IMG/VR virus record: IMGVR_UViG_3300027895_000001
Location: 1 to 64,000 of that record
Length of the DNA stretch: 64,000 bases
Source: a virus
Reading direction: 5' to 3' (one strand)
This document shows, in pieces, positions 61,939 to 64,000 of the stretch; the stretch's first letter is position 1, and the number at the start of each line of letters is the position of its first letter. Made by a program: the position numbers and the translations under genes. Under the pieces are notes generated by a model. It was not told where the DNA came from and searched no databases. It was given only the letters and a program-made list of their open reading frames with translations.

Positions 61939-63375
61939 ATGGCGACGACGACGATAGACATCACACGAGCGCTAGCCACGCCGGACCTGCGCTGGCCCTT
62001 CGAGGACGAACTACGCTGGCTGGCCGAACGTGCGGCGACCCATAAGCGGATCGTCGAAGTCGGGAGCTATCTGGGCCGCAGCACCTGTGCGTTGGCGGCC
62101 AACACCCCCGGCGAGGTGTTCGCGCTGGACGACTGGTACGGTCCACGGGACGACGCCGCTGTGCGCGATGAGGACCGCCCACACTTCTACGCGCGATTCC
62201 TCGACAACGTGAAGGGATTGCCCGTAACGCCGATTCGCTGCGATCACGCCGAGACGACGGAGCTGCGCGCCGAGTGGTTACGCGGCCCAGACGACCAGAA
62301 GCCGGATATGGTGTTCATCGACGGCTCACACGAATACGACGACGTGCGCCGGGACATCCTGGTATGGCGAGCGCGGCTGCGGCACGGCGGCCTGCTATGC
62401 GGACATGACCGCACCGAACCCGGAGTGCGGCGCGCGTTGGATGAGTTGCTGCCGGGATGGCGTTCGGGGCTAGGACACTCGTGTATATGGTGGTGGGAGG
62501 AAGGCGAGATGGCGACGGGACTGCGTAGAATGTCGGTCGAGGACCTGCGGCTGGACGGCACTCCGAACTATTACCCGAACGTGGCTGCCGCGACTCCACC
62601 TGCGCCAAGGCTGGCCACGACGTTGCCTACAGAGTGGAAGCAGGTCGGCGGCACGATGGAGGTGAAGAAGATCGGCCTCGGCGTCCTGCTGCCGACGATC
62701 ACACGGAACGGCGACGGCACCCTCCGCTATACGCCGCCGGAGTGGGGCATCGGGTTGGCGCTGCTGGCCCCTCTCGCCAACTGCTCCCATATGCTGCTCA
62801 ACATCAAGGATATGGATCGTGGCCCGGCGCGCACGGCGCTCGTGAGACAGGCGATGAGCTACGGCGCGAAGTTCGGCATGTTCATCGACGACGACGTAGT
62901 GCCGCCGCCGGATACGTTGCAGAAGTTGCAATACGTGCTGGAGAACGCGGACGACGACGTGGCCGTGTGCGCCGGGATATACACGACCAAGAGTGATCCG
63001 GCGGTGCCGCTCGTGTTTCAGGATTACGGGATCGGGCCGCACTGGCGCTGGCGTCGCGGGGAGGTATTCGAGTGTCAGGCGATCGCGACCGGATGCATGA
63101 TGATCGACCTCAGGAAGATCGCGTCGCTGCCGGAGCCGTGGTTCGTCGACGTGCACGGGGTAGAGCACGCCAAGTCACTGGGGCTGTATCGTAATGGCGC
63201 GGCGCTTCCACTAGCGGCGGAATGGACAGACGATATGTACTTCTGCTATCGGCTGAGGGAGGCCGGGTTGCGGATGATGGCGCACGGCGGCGTGCTGTGC
63301 GATCACTGGGGGCAGGACGGTAAATGTTATACCCTCGCCGCCGACTCCTACCCGATGCGAGGTAGCAATGACTAA
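61939..63375 (+). CDS. class I SAM-dependent methyltransferase :: GT-A glycosyltransferase fusion
   Basis: N-part: RIVEVGSYLGRST...DMVFIDGSHEYDDV (Methyltransf_24-like). C-part: FGMFIDDDVVPP (DxD), TDDMYFCYRLREAG (GT2-like). Confidence 0.75.
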   Translation: MATTTIDITRALATPDLRWPFEDELRWLAERAATHKRIVEVGSYLGRSTCALAANTPGEVFALDDWYGPRDDAAVRDEDRPHFYARFLDNVKGLPVTPIRCDHAETTELRAEWLRGPDDQKPDMVFIDGSHEYDDVRRDILVWRARLRHGGLLCGHDRTEPGVRRALDELLPGWRSGLGHSCIWWWEEGEMATGLRRMSVEDLRLDGTPNYYPNVAAATPPAPRLATTLPTEWKQVGGTMEVKKIGLGVLLPTITRNGDGTLRYTPPEWGIGLALLAPLANCSHMLLNIKDMDRGPARTALVRQAMSYGAKFGMFIDDDVVPPPDTLQKLQYVLENADDDVAVCAGIYTTKSDPAVPLVFQDYGIGPHWRWRRGEVFECQAIATGCMMIDLRKIASLPEPWFVDVHGVEHAKSLGLYRNGAALPLAAEWTDDMYFCYRLREAGLRMMAHGGVLCDHWGQDGKCYTLAADSYPMRGSND

Positions 63376-63673
63376 GGCGACCGCTAATCCCACGACAGGG
63401 AACCGCCACTATCCGACGCGCCAGCTCACTGGGCCGCTGCACGACGACTTCCGCATTCTCTACAATCACGTGTATGCGTTGACCGATGCGCTGGCCGCGG
63501 CGCACTCCCGGATGGCGGAGATGGAGAAGTCGCATCAGGCGTTGCAGCAGCAGGTCGCGAACGGGCCGTCGAACACGAAGATCGCGGGACTCAATGTCCG
63601 TGCGACGCCGCCGCTGAACGGCCAGAGTCTCAAGTACAACGCGGCTACGGGACAAATTGAATGGACGACGTAG
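63368..63673 (+). CDS. hypothetical protein (short coiled coil, fibre-associated?)
   Basis: GAGG RBS; overlaps the upstream stop by 8 nt; 101 aa. Confidence 0.55.
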   Translation: MTKATANPTTGNRHYPTRQLTGPLHDDFRILYNHVYALTDALAAAHSRMAEMEKSHQALQQQVANGPSNTKIAGLNVRATPPLNGQSLKYNAATGQIEWTT

Positions 63674-63707
63674 CGGGTGAGGTGTATGCTGCGGAGGAGG
63701 ATAGCTT

Positions 63708-64000
63708 ATGGCGAACTCAGTACTACAGGACAGGCAGGGACCGGATTGGCCGCTGGGCCTGATCGCATGCGCGACGCCAGGGACTCCGGTAGGTATTATG
63801 TCGCTGGTCGATCCTAGCTCCTACAACGCGCCAGAGACTGCATCGTCGTCGTCCGCATCGGGTCAGGCCCAGGGAGCTGAGTACACTGTCACCGCTTACC
63901 AGATTATATTCCAGCCCTGCCGCGCAGGCGCGTCCCACGGCCTCGCGACTCCTACAGGCAACGTATACATTTGTCGCAAGGGCGCAGCGGGGTCGGGGAA
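63708..64000 (+). CDS. 5' part of a further late ORF (partial)
   Basis: GGAGGAGG lies 7 nt before ATG 63708. The frame is open to the window end. Not in the track because it has no stop. Confidence 0.5.
   Translation, partial: MANSVLQDRQGPDWPLGLIACATPGTPVGIMSLVDPSSYNAPETASSSSASGQAQGAEYTVTAYQIIFQPCRAGASHGLATPTGNVYICRKGAAGSG

Noticed and set aside
1-64000. CRISPR array, diversity-generating retroelement, integrase/att boundaries, toxin-antitoxin pair, known defence system
   Set aside because: I found no spaced identical repeats, no reverse transcriptase, no recombinase-type ORF and no recognisable defence-gene motifs. Absence is by eye only and should be confirmed with dedicated tools (minced, PADLOC/DefenseFinder, HMM searches).

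Overview
The window reads as one continuous, gene-dense, visibly GC-rich tailed-phage genome segment, either a free phage or the interior of a prophage. I saw no integrase, att site, tRNA, rRNA, CRISPR array, reverse transcriptase or host housekeeping gene.

Layout:
- 1-3211 (+): end of a late operon with internal-virion/ejection-like proteins.
- 3367-4401 (+): Cas4-like nuclease.
- 4315-18774 (-): replication/recombination module. In order: HNH, stranded polymerase remnant, Lar-like protein, HNH, UDG-like::family-A DNA polymerase, PIF1/RecD-like helicase, LAGLIDADG, DUF669-like protein, Sak4-like ATPase, a leaderless RHH regulator missing from the ORF track, a block of small zinc-ribbon ORFs, an HNH-associated protein, and a second Cas4-like nuclease.
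- 18775-19093: divergent control region.
- 19094-20251 (+): Cys-rich protein.
- 20313-22753 (-): small early genes.
- 22754-23417: repeat-rich non-coding region.
- 23418-64000 (+): late genes. In order: small ORFs, candidate TerS, HNH, TerL, portal, tiny very basic ORFs, scaffold, LAGLIDADG, major capsid, decoration-like protein, terminator, adaptor-like protein, four consecutive fibre/beta-helix proteins that all begin with Sec-type signal-peptide-like N-termini (one is 2328 aa), a membrane/lysis cluster, 441-aa and 1400-aa virion proteins, HNH, and a methyltransferase::glycosyltransferase fusion.

No tape-measure, sheath or tube gene is recognisable, so a podovirus-like virion is possible but unproven.

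The most unusual structure I can support directly from the sequence involves seven homing-endonuclease-type genes. Each sits in an AT-richer tract that runs into an adjacent essential gene (polymerase, helicase, TerL, capsid, nuclease, large tail protein). In two cases (helicase 5' end, polymerase 3' end) the displaced native GC-rich gene end is still present as a stranded, translationally coupled remnant.

Other leads:
- the signal-peptide-bearing fibre proteins;
- a promoter-then-terminator unit upstream of the head genes;
- very basic mini-ORFs in the head module;
- a GTCCC repeat region;
- a consensus promoter overlapped by a perfect palindrome;
- a peptide motif shared by two replication-region proteins.

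All functional calls come from motif recognition by eye. No database search and no numeric GC computation was run.
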